Translations under genes and position numbers: made by a program
The notes under the pieces: model-generated
The model's input: the letters and a program-made list of their open reading frames with translations, nothing else
The model's database searches: none
What the model was told of the DNA's origin: nothing
Origin: a virus
IMG/VR virus record: IMGVR_UViG_3300044640_002221
Location: 32,001 to 96,000 of that record
DNA: 64,000 nt
Reading direction: 5' to 3' (one strand)
Shown here: one piece after another, positions 1-9,853 of the stretch
Position numbering within the stretch: the stretch's first letter is position 1
How the letters are laid out: each line of letters begins with the position of its first letter

Positions 1-1100
1 CAAAGCAAACTATGATGCTGCTTTACCTCACTCTTACCAAAGACTTCTAGAGCCACTCTGTGTAGCGGCATCACAGTCTTGTTAAGTAAGTCCTTGTAGG
101 TATCTACATCATACTCAATAGCGACGAACAGTTCATTGAGGTCTTTAATACCGGGCAGGTCTGGGACTTTCCAAGTAAAGATGGGTATTCTCAGCTCAAT
201 AGCCAACTCACACAGATAAGGAGTAATCTGACTCCAGCTTTTGTATTGTCCAGCTTGTGCTGTGCCTAGCGGATACTTGTCTCTGTCAAATATTGCTAGT
301 AGATGCGTGCAGTGTTTTAAGTCCTTAGCATGAGGTAGTAAAGGTATGTTCACATTAAAGGTAGCGATCGCTGGTTCTCCCATTTCCATTAAACTCCGGC
401 AGTCACTAATGCCCTCTACTATCACAGCATAATCATGAGTTTTAATACCATGAAGATTGTATAAGTAATTAGTTATAGAGGGAGTACCTTTATCTGCCAG
501 CCAGCGGCGTTGTGGGTCTACACCAAGATTTCTACCTTGTAGGTGAACTAACGAACCTCTGCTGTTGCGAATAGGAAAGATTAGATGCTCATCATAAATC
601 TCTTTATCCGCAGACCACATCAGACCTAGCTCTTCTAGTTGAGTTTTATCTAAACCCTTCTGTTGTAAAAGAGTAGAACTGTTAGAAAAACCAAAATCTT
701 TTTGCTGTAGAGTCTGTTTCCAGCCTCTTGACAAACAATACTCTGCTACTCTGTCTTTTGAGCTTTTTAGTTCTTCTTGATAGATGTTAAAGGCTTTATC
801 CATACCTTTCAAGCGAGCACGGTATTTTCTGGTTTCTACTGTACTATCAACGTGCTGTAAAAGAAGCTGCCACGCCTCTCTAAAGGATGAAGCGAGTTTT
901 GCATCTTCTAGCAGAGTAAACACGTCTCCCTTAGCTCCACAGCGGAAGCACTTGTAAACCTTCTCGTAATAAACTTTGAATGCTTTAGAAGACTGACAAA
1001 AAGGACAAGGTTGGTAGCTTTGTCCTGGAGTGATTGGGATATTAAAGAGAGAAGCTACCTTAGAAACGGTTAAAGCTTCTTTAATTTGTTGAGCATCCAT
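1..1100 (-). CDS. dnaG: DnaG-like DNA primase (N-terminal part; runs off the window edge)
   Basis: Not in the ORF track; translated by hand from ATG 1100: MDAQQIKEALTVSKVASLFNIPITPGQSYQPCPFCQ...YKCFRCGAKGDVF (CHC2-type Zn finger), then IFPIRN..G.LVHLQGR and the TOPRIM motifs VIVEGISD...FDRD. Confidence 0.88.
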   Translation of the reverse strand, partial: MDAQQIKEALTVSKVASLFNIPITPGQSYQPCPFCQSSKAFKVYYEKVYKCFRCGAKGDVFTLLEDAKLASSFREAWQLLLQHVDSTVETRKYRARLKGMDKAFNIYQEELKSSKDRVAEYCLSRGWKQTLQQKDFGFSNSSTLLQQKGLDKTQLEELGLMWSADKEIYDEHLIFPIRNSRGSLVHLQGRNLGVDPQRRWLADKGTPSITNYLYNLHGIKTHDYAVIVEGISDCRSLMEMGEPAIATFNVNIPLLPHAKDLKHCTHLLAIFDRDKYPLGTAQAGQYKSWSQITPYLCELAIELRIPIFTWKVPDLPGIKDLNELFVAIEYDVDTYKDLLNKTVMPLHRVALEVFGKSEVKQHHSLL

Positions 1101-1140
1101 TTTAGTAGAGGGTAGAGAGCTCTCTCCATTGTATTAAATT

Positions 1141-1557
1141 TTAGTCTTGAACTCTCTTTAACTCTTCAGAATACTTTCTTTGATAAGTCACGTAATAAGT
1201 ACCTGGTGGTAGAATTTGGTCTCCATGTTCAGGATGTGTTAACAAAGTAGGGTTGGGGTTTACCCAAACTGGTCCTTGCAGAGCATTAGGATTGAGTAAG
1301 CTATAAAACTTACCCTCTTTTACAGATTCTTGGTCTAAGCAATGTCTACTACCTCTTGTTGATCCAGGTGCTAATTGATAAACTGGTTTTGACTCTTTTA
1401 ACTCTGGGAAGCCTTCTAAAGAATCAAACCTATATATGTAAATATCTCCTTGGTCTGAACGGCTGTTGGTTAAAGTAAATACCGGGGTTTTTGTGCTATC
1501 ATCAGCATTTGTCTGTCCGTGCTGAAGAATCTCTTTAATTACTGTTGTGGCTGTCAT
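1141..1557 (-). CDS. Conserved phage protein, partner of the adjacent DUF6745-like protein
   Basis: C-terminal LTHPEHGDQILPPGTYYVTYQRKY motif, typical of the small gene paired with DUF6745-like genes. Confidence 0.6.
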   Translation of the reverse strand: MTATTVIKEILQHGQTNADDSTKTPVFTLTNSRSDQGDIYIYRFDSLEGFPELKESKPVYQLAPGSTRGSRHCLDQESVKEGKFYSLLNPNALQGPVWVNPNPTLLTHPEHGDQILPPGTYYVTYQRKYSEELKRVQD

Positions 1558-1561
1558 AGTT

Positions 1562-2749
1562 TTAAGTCCTTAATACTGGGTAAGTTTCTGTTGGTCTAAA
1601 CGAAAAGCCAGAAAAAGCTTCTTCTGGGGCTTGTAGGTAATGCTGTGCCTCTTGGCAGGTTTTGCATTTAGGATCAACTTCTAGGGCGTAAGGACGACCA
1701 GTTGAAGGGTCATAAGTGCAGAGAACTTTAATGTCGTTTAATTGCATTAAAGATTCCATCCAAGTTGTACCAGACTGTAGTTTGATAATCTTGGTTTCTA
1801 CCACTTCTGCCTTTGACCGCTGTAAGTAATCTGTCCAGCCATAGCGTTCAATTCTGACTCTCTTCACCTCCTCATTTTCTTCTGAGTTTATCTGCTCCAG
1901 CGTTTGTGTTTTTGGGTGTAATACTATTTGCTCATCTACTTTAACTCCATTAATAGCCCAAATACAAAAACCATCTTTGTATGCAACTGCAGGACTATCT
2001 TCAGAGTGAATTACACCTTCTAATAAATTACACGTTACAGGTTTCTCTGACAGAATACAAATGTTCTCTCTTGGAATCCACCACCCACAGTTATCTACAA
2101 GATTCATTAATGGTTTTAGTTTTTCTGCTTCTTTAATTTTTAACACCTCTAAAAAGAAGTTATAAAAACCTAGCCAATAAGCATCTTGGGAGCCATAAGC
2201 TGAAGCCCAGACTGAATCCCAGACTGAATCCCAGACTGAATCCCCGACTGAAGCCCTGACTGAATCCCCGACTGAAGCCCCGACTGAAGCCCTGACTGAA
2301 TCCCAGACTGAATCCCAGACTGAATACCAGACTGAATCCCCGACTGAAGCCCTGACTGAATCCCCGACTGAAGCCCCGACTGAAGCCCTGACTGAATCCC
2401 AGACTGAATCCCAGACTGAATACCAGACTGAATCCCCGACTGAAGCCCTGACTGAATCCCCGACTGAAGCCCCGACTGAAGCCCTGACTGAATCCCCGAC
2501 TGAAGCCCCGACTGAAGCTTTACTTTTATTTTTCAACACATTGTCAGTAATCACTAAACTTAAAGGAGAGTCGCACCACACAAACTCTTCTGGAGGTTTT
2601 AACCCAGCTATTAGGTAAGCTTCTTTAGCAGCTTTTTCTGCTAGACTTCTATTGCAAGGTTCTGTGCTTAATCCTATCTTCAGCCATTTATCTCTGTAGA
2701 CAGGTAGGAGTGCTTCTTGCTCTGCTGTTAACTTTTCAATTTTGTTCAT
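1562..2749 (-). CDS. DUF6745-like phage protein with an internal tetrapeptide-repeat tract
   Basis: GSQDAYWLGFYNFF...NCGWWIPRENICILSEKP...PAVAYKDGF core, plus an (S-V-x-x)n repeat. Confidence 0.7.
   Translation of the reverse strand: MNKIEKLTAEQEALLPVYRDKWLKIGLSTEPCNRSLAEKAAKEAYLIAGLKPPEEFVWCDSPLSLVITDNVLKNKSKASVGASVGDSVRASVGASVGDSVRASVGDSVWYSVWDSVWDSVRASVGASVGDSVRASVGDSVWYSVWDSVWDSVRASVGASVGDSVRASVGDSVWDSVWDSVWASAYGSQDAYWLGFYNFFLEVLKIKEAEKLKPLMNLVDNCGWWIPRENICILSEKPVTCNLLEGVIHSEDSPAVAYKDGFCIWAINGVKVDEQIVLHPKTQTLEQINSEENEEVKRVRIERYGWTDYLQRSKAEVVETKIIKLQSGTTWMESLMQLNDIKVLCTYDPSTGRPYALEVDPKCKTCQEAQHYLQAPEEAFSGFSFRPTETYPVLRT
2200..2518. repeat. 12-nt-period tandem repeat (ACTGAATCCCAG / ACTGAAGCCCCG variants), in frame in 1562..2749
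   Basis: About 26 imperfect 12-mers encoding SVGA/SVGD/SVRA/SVWD/SVWY, with a higher-order 84-nt duplication. Confidence 0.95.
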
Positions 2750-2780
2750 TTTTATCTTGTTTCTCCTTCTCTTGCCTTTT

Positions 2781-3104
2781 TTATTGTACCCAACAGTAGA
2801 CGTTTACATTCGGGTTCTTTTTGATGTAGTCTTGAATCTTATCCCAGCTATCTAGTGAGCAGACATAGCTGTGAAGCTGCTGTAGAGTCTGTAATAAGTC
2901 CATAGCCTTGTTACCTGAAAGTTCATTGAGAAAATCACAAACTCTAGTGTCAGAATCCGGCAGGGTATCTCTTGCTCTACCAAAGTCAAAGCAGTTCTCT
3001 GAGGAAGCATGGTCATAAAAGCTCTCACCATACCTAGCTGCTTCTTCTTCTAACCTTTTGTACTCTTCAGCCTCTAAAAGAATTAGGTCTACATCAACAC
3101 TCAT
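2781..3104 (-). CDS. Hypothetical protein
   Basis: ORF track; tightly packed in the minus-strand gene run. Confidence 0.6.
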   Translation of the reverse strand: MSVDVDLILLEAEEYKRLEEEAARYGESFYDHASSENCFDFGRARDTLPDSDTRVCDFLNELSGNKAMDLLQTLQQLHSYVCSLDSWDKIQDYIKKNPNVNVYCWVQ

Positions 3105-4609
3105 ACGCTATCCTGCCTGTAGTTTTCACTCTTGTCATAAGCCTGACAAGCTCTTTCTATCTCAATACCTAAGTAACCTAGATGGGCTGCTTGAATACCT
3201 GGATTAGCCGCAGCTATTTGTCTTACCAGTCTTAGTGGAATAGTGCCCTTATACTCTCTGACTGCTTGACCACCCGGAGTTGTTTGAGTAACCAGTACAT
3301 CAAAGTCTTCTACTGTAATTACGAAGTTACCGACTGGATCGCTGTAATCAACTTTTAGTTGATAGTGTTCTTTCAAGACATCATCTGTATGTTGGAAAGA
3401 ATGACCGTAGATGTGAGCTGACTGTGAATTGATTATTAGTTCTCCTGCGATGTAACTGTCATCCAGATACTTTAATAGCACGTCCTGCAGCCGCCGCAAT
3501 GCCATGACATTACTGGGGTAAGCAGTGTACATATCATGAGAGCGGAAGGTAGCTATCATAATTAATCTTTTATCTATCAGTCGCACCCAGATGTTAGTCA
3601 AGCACGGAGGATTCTTGGAGTTAGTGTCTGTAGCAACATTCCAAAGCGAGATTGTACATTGAGAAGAGTCTGGGTTGGCTATAAGTTTGTTAGCTACTTC
3701 GGCTATCTGGTCTGTGGTTATAATCTCATCTTTGATACCTTCATACCACTTAAAAGCTCTAATCTTAGAGCCATAATTATAAGACACGCCTTCTGATATC
3801 TCACCTGTAACCATATAAGGTAGATAGCCTTCCATGAAGTCTGGTGTTACAGGTAGCCAAGGCTCAAAGTGAAAGTCTGCTGGCTCTGCTGCTACTACAG
3901 AAGTCATTTGAATTAATTCCTGTCTTTCACCGTACTGTGAGGCTGTCAGTCTACCAGTAGACCTGATTAAGTGAATAGCCTTTAACCATACTTCTGCTAC
4001 TGTCTGTCCTTTCACTAGATGCCCAGAGAGATCTCCCGGAAGGGTTGGGGATTCTGGTTTTGGTACTTCTACCATGACTGGTTCAGCATATTGTTTAAAG
4101 GGGTCAGACCCTTCTATAAATAAGTAGTGGCGAACCTTGTTGTGCTCTCTCAAATCTTTTACAAGGGTGTCAAGATTAGAAAACAGCGTGAAGTAGGTTA
4201 AGTTATTAAGAGTTGTTCTTAAAGACTCTTCTGGCACAACTAAGTCTACCCTCCCATTAACTTGAGACTTTGGCTTATAGTAGTTAGACTCTTTAGTAAA
4301 TGTTTCTCTTAAGGAAGAAGTAACATTAATTAAGTCATAGAAGCAACGACTAGCCCCTGCTATCTCATCTTGCCTTGTAGCAGACAGAACATAAACATCC
4401 CAGTTATGAGGATTGGCTAACAGGTTAACTATCAGCGGGGTTAAGCCATACATTGGGCTGTATAAGTTACCAATACAAGCGTACTCATGTGGTTCTAGTA
4501 ACTTAGCCACCCGCTCTTTAGGAGTCCAGCCAGTGATAATGATTGCCCTACCAGTTCCAACGATCAGTTCGTTGGCTCGGCATATTGGTTTGTACTGTGG
4601 GTTATTCAT
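3101..4609 (-). CDS. thyA: Thymidylate synthase (ThyA fold), long cyanobacterial-type form with extra N- and C-terminal domains
   Basis: NPPCLTNIW (catalytic Cys), ATFRSHDMY..YPSNVMAL, INSQSAHIY motifs. Confidence 0.8.
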   Translation of the reverse strand: MNNPQYKPICRANELIVGTGRAIIITGWTPKERVAKLLEPHEYACIGNLYSPMYGLTPLIVNLLANPHNWDVYVLSATRQDEIAGASRCFYDLINVTSSLRETFTKESNYYKPKSQVNGRVDLVVPEESLRTTLNNLTYFTLFSNLDTLVKDLREHNKVRHYLFIEGSDPFKQYAEPVMVEVPKPESPTLPGDLSGHLVKGQTVAEVWLKAIHLIRSTGRLTASQYGERQELIQMTSVVAAEPADFHFEPWLPVTPDFMEGYLPYMVTGEISEGVSYNYGSKIRAFKWYEGIKDEIITTDQIAEVANKLIANPDSSQCTISLWNVATDTNSKNPPCLTNIWVRLIDKRLIMIATFRSHDMYTAYPSNVMALRRLQDVLLKYLDDSYIAGELIINSQSAHIYGHSFQHTDDVLKEHYQLKVDYSDPVGNFVITVEDFDVLVTQTTPGGQAVREYKGTIPLRLVRQIAAANPGIQAAHLGYLGIEIERACQAYDKSENYRQDSV

Positions 4610-5012
4610 CTACTGACTCCTGTAATCTTTCAGCCTCACAAAGCGACTGGTGAGCCTGCTCCATTAAATGCTTAATCTTAACTACTTTATCTTCTTTTGG
4701 TTCAGCAGCTTCCTTTTGAGATTCTTTGTATAGACGTAGATACTCAGCGGCATCCTCTTTTGAGGCAAAAAAGTAACCTAAACGCCATCTAGCGTTTGTG
4801 GCAGACCAAGCTTTTGTTATGCTTGTTATGTTTCCTTTACAGTCACAGGGCGTAGCTGGTAACAACTGTTGCTCTCCAAAAGTTTCTTCTTTGGCTACTC
4901 CCAAAGCATAAAGGTAAGTAGTTCCTCGCTTTACTACTATCCACTCTGTTATTACTCCTCCCTCTCCAAGTCTGTAAAGGCTTTTATATTTCTCTTTTTT
5001 TGGTTTGGTCAT
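4602..5012 (-). CDS. Hypothetical protein
   Basis: ORF track; stop overlaps the start of the next gene. Confidence 0.6.
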   Translation of the reverse strand: MTKPKKEKYKSLYRLGEGGVITEWIVVKRGTTYLYALGVAKEETFGEQQLLPATPCDCKGNITSITKAWSATNARWRLGYFFASKEDAAEYLRLYKESQKEAAEPKEDKVVKIKHLMEQAHQSLCEAERLQESVDE

Positions 5013-5136
5013 AGTTTAAGATTTGAACTCTTTCTCTTTTCTTTTTTTATTTATAAACACACAAACATCATAAAACTTTTTGAAGCTTTATGATGTAGTT
5101 ATATACGTGCTAATCCTACAGTCTTAAGCTACTAAT

Positions 5137-5931
5137 TTATCTACTTACTAATCTCTTACCTGTACGAACTCTATCCATAGCCCATAGTAACTTTTTGTAT
5201 AACTCTTCTAGCTTCTGTTTGGTACTATCAGAATATCTATCCTCTTCTTCTTCTTCTGCTAGACTTTGCATCTCAAGAATGGCGTAAACACCCACTTCTT
5301 TAGGCTTAAAAAACCTCTTAAATAACTTATTACCAATGCTCTCTTTTGAAGATAGCAGACGAGAGTATACGCTCTTAATTCCCAAACTATCTAGATAAAC
5401 AATACATCCTGGGCTAAGAGTAGAGTCTTCTATTGATAAGTTTAAAAACTTATCATCTGAGTATCTTTTAATCTCTTCGCTTATTCTTTCTATATCTATA
5501 TCTTTTAAAATATTTTTTACAGACTCAATACCTTGTCTGCGGGCTTCATACTTTACAGTCATCTTTGTAAAGTGTAGTTTACCCCAATTAGTTCCATTAT
5601 GTAATATTCCCAAACACACTCTGTCTGAGTGTGATATAGTCAGCATCTCTTTTAAAATATTTTCTATATACTCTCTATCTTGAAAGTGCTCTGGTTTAAG
5701 ATAGGCTACAACGTTCTTTCTTGCTGTCTCACCTGCTTCTACGAGGTTAATTATATTAGTAATTATGTTAGCTGTTAAAAATAAACCTATCACTCCAAGA
5801 ACTAAAGCACCATCGTAAGTTAAATAACCGGTGTCTTTATACTGCTTAATTATTTGTATGCCGGTTTCTACAGAAATATGGTGATTAGACTGTTGTTTTT
5901 CGGTTGGTGTGTGAGCAATTTGGTTAACCAT
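5137..5931 (-). CDS. Single-TM membrane protein with a GAF-like C-terminal domain (possible T4-T-type holin)
   Basis: Hydrophobic GALVLGVIGLFLTANIITNII followed by SDRVCLGILHNG..F.K..V.YE. Confidence 0.35.
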   Translation of the reverse strand: MVNQIAHTPTEKQQSNHHISVETGIQIIKQYKDTGYLTYDGALVLGVIGLFLTANIITNIINLVEAGETARKNVVAYLKPEHFQDREYIENILKEMLTISHSDRVCLGILHNGTNWGKLHFTKMTVKYEARRQGIESVKNILKDIDIERISEEIKRYSDDKFLNLSIEDSTLSPGCIVYLDSLGIKSVYSRLLSSKESIGNKLFKRFFKPKEVGVYAILEMQSLAEEEEEDRYSDSTKQKLEELYKKLLWAMDRVRTGKRLVSR

Positions 5932-5950
5932 TGTTCTAAACTCTGTGAAT

Positions 5951-5984
5951 ACACTACCAGCTTAAACTAAGAAGCTGGTAGTGT
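5951..5984. terminator. 13-bp hairpin, terminator-like
   Basis: ACACTACCAGCTT-N8-AAGCTGGTAGTGT in the gap between 5931 and 6015. Confidence 0.55.
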
Positions 5985-6014
5985 GGGGCTCAATAATGTT
6001 TTGGTTGTGCAGCT

Positions 6015-6557
6015 TTATCGCTCTTCACAGTAGAAAAGCCACAAAGTTATACTCAACTCTCTCTCATCAATAGAAGTATTAGCTTTAAATTGGAACCTGT
6101 ACTTTTTACTAGAGTCTACTTTTTCGGCTAGTTCGCTCATTAAAGCTTTGCGAAGATTTCTTTTTACTTCAGTTACTACATCTTCATTCTCATGCTCTTT
6201 ATCTATGTAGAAAACCCTCTGCAAGACTCTTGTGTCTAACCAGCTTTGTCTTCTAGCTTGCTGATGATTTATCAACTCTGTCATGTCAACCGGATTTGTA
6301 GGACACCAAGCATAGTAGCCAGAAGGTAACTGTCTAAGAACAAATTGATGCTCTGAGTAGTTAATTCTTAGCAACCTTGGCGGTGTTAACAAACTATACG
6401 CTTCAAGAGCAACCTTTTCATATAGAGGTTTTCTAATAACAAAAGTCTCACCTCCATTGTAATGATTAGCTTCTAAAGCTTTATTGTAAGTGCAGAACTT
6501 ATCTAAACAAAGCTGTAGTAGGTCGCTATTAGTTGTAAGAATACTATCACTCATCAA
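6015..6557 (-). CDS. Hypothetical protein
   Basis: ORF track. Confidence 0.6.
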   Translation of the reverse strand: MMSDSILTTNSDLLQLCLDKFCTYNKALEANHYNGGETFVIRKPLYEKVALEAYSLLTPPRLLRINYSEHQFVLRQLPSGYYAWCPTNPVDMTELINHQQARRQSWLDTRVLQRVFYIDKEHENEDVVTEVKRNLRKALMSELAEKVDSSKKYRFQFKANTSIDERELSITLWLFYCEER

Positions 6558-6909
6558 AATCCTCCTCTTGCAAGATAAAGTTTGACTCCTCTAATTTGTA
6601 GGGTGTCTTCACACAATCAGCTACTTGCTGCTGTACTTCAGACTTATAAACAATAGTTTCTACTATCTTGTTAGGTACTGTGGCAAGTTTGGCTAAGGCT
6701 GGCAGGCGATCGCTCTTTTTAAGATATACACCACCTTGAAGTACCAGCAAAAGCTTCCCAAAAGCCCAGGCGGCTAGATAAGAACTGTAAGTTCTGTTAT
6801 CTACAGAGGGCATAAAGAAACTGGTAGAGGCTTTTCTGTTAGGCTGCCAAGCCACGTACCAGCTCTTAGTGAACACTCCTTTAAATTCAGGAGAGTTAAA
6901 TAATTTCAT
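6547..6909 (-). CDS. Hypothetical protein
   Basis: ORF track. Confidence 0.55.
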   Translation of the reverse strand: MKLFNSPEFKGVFTKSWYVAWQPNRKASTSFFMPSVDNRTYSSYLAAWAFGKLLLVLQGGVYLKKSDRLPALAKLATVPNKIVETIVYKSEVQQQVADCVKTPYKLEESNFILQEEDFDE

Positions 6910-7079
6910 TATTTCTTTGTTAGTGGGTTAATAAACACAGCAAACACCCAGGCTATTACAAACGTCCCTACTACTATCCAGAATCTACTTTGGTTTGTTA
7001 TAGTCTGTACAAACAAACTAACTAGATAGGCTATAAAGCTCATAAGTGTAGAAAATAATAGCGGTGCGGCTTCAAACAT
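6909..7079 (-). CDS. Small two-TM membrane protein (56 aa)
   Basis: Hand translation MFEAAPLLFSTLMSFIAYLVSLFVQTITNQSRFWIVVGTFVIAWVFAVFINPLTKK; its stop abuts the next start. Confidence 0.6.
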   Translation of the reverse strand: MFEAAPLLFSTLMSFIAYLVSLFVQTITNQSRFWIVVGTFVIAWVFAVFINPLTKK

Positions 7080-7244
7080 TTAGTTACCTTCTTTGATTAC
7101 AGATTTTATTATGTCAGTAAGACAAAGATTAACAGATGCTGAGCCTGTTTTTTTAAAAAAACAATGGTAAAAAAAGAAGAAAGAAGAAAGAAGATAATAA
7201 GCCGAGTTCTTTTACCTAGAAACTCTAATGATGCTTTTATCAGG

Positions 7245-7463
7245 TCAATCATCTGAGAATAGTCTCTTAATTTCTTCTAAGTTATCCCCTCCATTTAGAG
7301 GATGGTCATCATGCCACTCTCCAATCTCTGCTTCTTTCACCTTTATTACTATGGGGTTTATGCAGTGGTTAGGATAACGAGCATTACTTAAGACTTCTTC
7401 AATACCTTCTGCTCCAAGGTTATCGTGATCGTTTATTAATACAGTCAGCAAGTATGCTTTCAT
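7245..7463 (-). CDS. Hypothetical protein
   Basis: ORF track; 4-nt overlap with the upstream gene. Confidence 0.6.
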   Translation of the reverse strand: MKAYLLTVLINDHDNLGAEGIEEVLSNARYPNHCINPIVIKVKEAEIGEWHDDHPLNGGDNLEEIKRLFSDD

Positions 7464-7954
7464 GTTATTAAACTCCTCAAAAACTCTGTGAATATTTCTA
7501 CTACCAACTTTCTGTCTGGTGGGTCTTCTTGCTCAAATTCTACTATAGCTGCAAGCCAATACCCTGGTTGGTACAGGTCTATTCTAGTGTCTCGCATAAC
7601 GTGATGCTCTTTATGAATATTCAAGACTAAAATACATCCCGGAAGCTGTGGAGCTATATCAAAGCGAGATTGTCTAGAGCTTTTGGCTATAAAGCCATCA
7701 TTTCTGAGAATAAGAAAAGCTGCCCACTGTGGGAACAATTCAGAGTCCTTGTGCTTCTTCTGCTCTCTACACGCTATGTATTGTAAGTCTTTACCTTCTA
7801 ATAGTTGCTTTAATTTACCTTGAGTCTCTATTGTTTGACCTCTAAGTTGTAAATGAGGAATAGGACTGCTATAAGGATAAAAGTCTTGATGAATACCTGC
7901 TTGGTACATTAATTCACTGCGGGAGCTAAACTCTTGCCATTGATCTATTAACAT
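7460..7954 (-). CDS. Hypothetical protein
   Basis: ORF track. Confidence 0.6.
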   Translation of the reverse strand: MLIDQWQEFSSRSELMYQAGIHQDFYPYSSPIPHLQLRGQTIETQGKLKQLLEGKDLQYIACREQKKHKDSELFPQWAAFLILRNDGFIAKSSRQSRFDIAPQLPGCILVLNIHKEHHVMRDTRIDLYQPGYWLAAIVEFEQEDPPDRKLVVEIFTEFLRSLIT

Positions 7955-8325
7955 TGGTCTGCTTGATTATCTAAAAGAAGTTTTAACCATTTGCTTGTTT
8001 TTGTTAGTGTGTTACCCTTTTCTTTTTCTTCAATACTTGCAAGTTGTTCTATTTCTGTAAGGTAGTGGTCATAATTATTAGGGGCGAATAATTTGTCTGG
8101 TATAAGTCCTAGCAATCTCTTTTGAGTCTGGAGTTCTTTACTACCTTTACAGGCTAAAACAAAATCTTCTACAGAATGAAATACACAAACAGTATTAATT
8201 TCTACAAAGCAGTTGATACAAGTATTCCAAAAAGCAAAATCTGTAGCTGCTGGCTCTCCGGTATCTTCCTCAAGTTGTATCTGGTCTCCTATCCAAATAA
8301 ATCTCATCATTTTCTTTACTTCCAT
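7948..8325 (-). CDS. Hypothetical protein
   Basis: ORF track. Confidence 0.55.
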   Translation of the reverse strand: MEVKKMMRFIWIGDQIQLEEDTGEPAATDFAFWNTCINCFVEINTVCVFHSVEDFVLACKGSKELQTQKRLLGLIPDKLFAPNNYDHYLTEIEQLASIEEKEKGNTLTKTSKWLKLLLDNQADQC

Positions 8326-8390
8326 GTAATAAATAATCTCTATCTCTAGGAAAGTATTTAATAACAGATACTTTCCTGGAGACTTTTATT

Positions 8391-9347
8391 TTAAACCATT
8401 GCCAGTGCGCGTTCTTCAGCTTTAGCTAAGAAGTTAGCGTCGCTGCCAAACCATATAGAGTTGAATCTGCTATCTTTATTAGAGCTTTTAGCATGAGTAA
8501 CCCACTCCGTCAACGAGTTGAAGGCTGCATAAGCAGTACCACGCACACCATCAACCTGTAGATCAAGTGAGCTATTATAAACAGCTAGAATCTTTCTGCA
8601 AGAACGTAGGTCTTCTAACTCAGCGGTAGTCTCTAATCTTTTACTAGCAGCTTTCAAGTCACTCACAAACAAGTCTTCCAAGTAGTTGCGGAACTGTTTG
8701 GTGCTAATGTTAGTAGCAGCCATTTGACGATACTTTACAACTGTGTTGTCAAAGCTCTTTCGACAGATATCAAGAGAAGCTTGAATCTCGGATAATGCAA
8801 TAGCAGCTTTAGAGTTATGCGAGATAGCTTTAAATGCTCCGCTTTCACCTAATGCCACCCTTAAAGTGTTGGCACAGACTACTCTCTCAGAAACAAACTT
8901 GACAATAGCTTTCATACTACCGTCATGGGAGTTTGCTAGTAGCAAGTAGTTCCTGATGCGATCACCTTCAATAACTTCTGTCTCTGAGTTCTCAATCTCT
9001 GCCGCGATCCAGCACTTTTTCCCGGAGTCTAAAATCCCTGCTGTGCTGATATAACAATCTCTCTCATGCAGAAAGGGGTCAAAGAACTTAAAAGCATCTT
9101 CGTTCTGAATAGGTCGGTAAACCTTCCCTACAGTTGCCAGGTATGCTCCTGTATCGTCTCTGTGGACTGCCTTTTTATCTGGTATCTCTTGACCACAAGA
9201 GCTTACAGGGTGTAAAGACACCTTCCAGTCTGCCCCTGCTAGTTTCAAAGCCTCAGAGGTGCTGTAGACTTTATCTTCTAGAACTGTTCCTAAACCATGC
9301 CAAGTCGGTTCTTTAACAAAGAATCCACTTTCAAATTGATGAGCCAT
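8391..9347 (-). CDS. DUF932 family (phage/plasmid-like) protein
   Basis: WHGLG, Y.PIQNEDAF.F, YLLLANSHDGS, RVVCANTL, GTAYAAFNSLTEW motifs. Confidence 0.85.
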   Translation of the reverse strand: MAHQFESGFFVKEPTWHGLGTVLEDKVYSTSEALKLAGADWKVSLHPVSSCGQEIPDKKAVHRDDTGAYLATVGKVYRPIQNEDAFKFFDPFLHERDCYISTAGILDSGKKCWIAAEIENSETEVIEGDRIRNYLLLANSHDGSMKAIVKFVSERVVCANTLRVALGESGAFKAISHNSKAAIALSEIQASLDICRKSFDNTVVKYRQMAATNISTKQFRNYLEDLFVSDLKAASKRLETTAELEDLRSCRKILAVYNSSLDLQVDGVRGTAYAAFNSLTEWVTHAKSSNKDSRFNSIWFGSDANFLAKAEERALAMV

Positions 9348-9373
9348 ATTATTTATTTCCCTATTATTGATTG

Positions 9374-9853
9374 TTAATTATCTTTGTCGAAACGTTTAAT
9401 ATCTTCTTCCAGCCAGTAAAAAGCATTGCCAACTGCTTTTCTATATACAGTTTCAGCACTTGTTATTATGGACAGGCAAACTAATAATCTCTGTTCTACT
9501 ATGCCTGGATATTTAAGCTTTAGGTTATTTAGGCTTGTGGCAGATGGCAGAAATTGGTCTGCTAGTTCTTTAACTCTTTGCTCTCTTAATAGCAAAGTTA
9601 GTTCTTGCTTCTCCTGCTCTTTTATATCCAAATAGACATCTTCCCCAAGAACTATTCTGTACTCAGGTATGTTCATCTTTAGTACACAGTGCCTGATTGC
9701 TTCAGAAGCATACTCAAAGCTTCTATTCAGAACTTTACGCCCAACATGGCATACTGTTTTTCCATCTTTAAGCTTTCGTTTGGCACACCTTATCACCCAG
9801 CCCTCTTTATACCAACAGCTTTTTGATCTTCCTTTGACTACTGTTACTAACAT
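9374..9853 (-). CDS. Hypothetical protein
   Basis: ORF track. Confidence 0.55.
   Translation of the reverse strand: MLVTVVKGRSKSCWYKEGWVIRCAKRKLKDGKTVCHVGRKVLNRSFEYASEAIRHCVLKMNIPEYRIVLGEDVYLDIKEQEKQELTLLLREQRVKELADQFLPSATSLNNLKLKYPGIVEQRLLVCLSIITSAETVYRKAVGNAFYWLEEDIKRFDKDN

Noticed and set aside
2200-2518. Repeat tract as a CRISPR array or DGR variable region
   Set aside because: No spacers; the 12-nt units are in frame in a protein; no cas gene, RT or template repeat is seen
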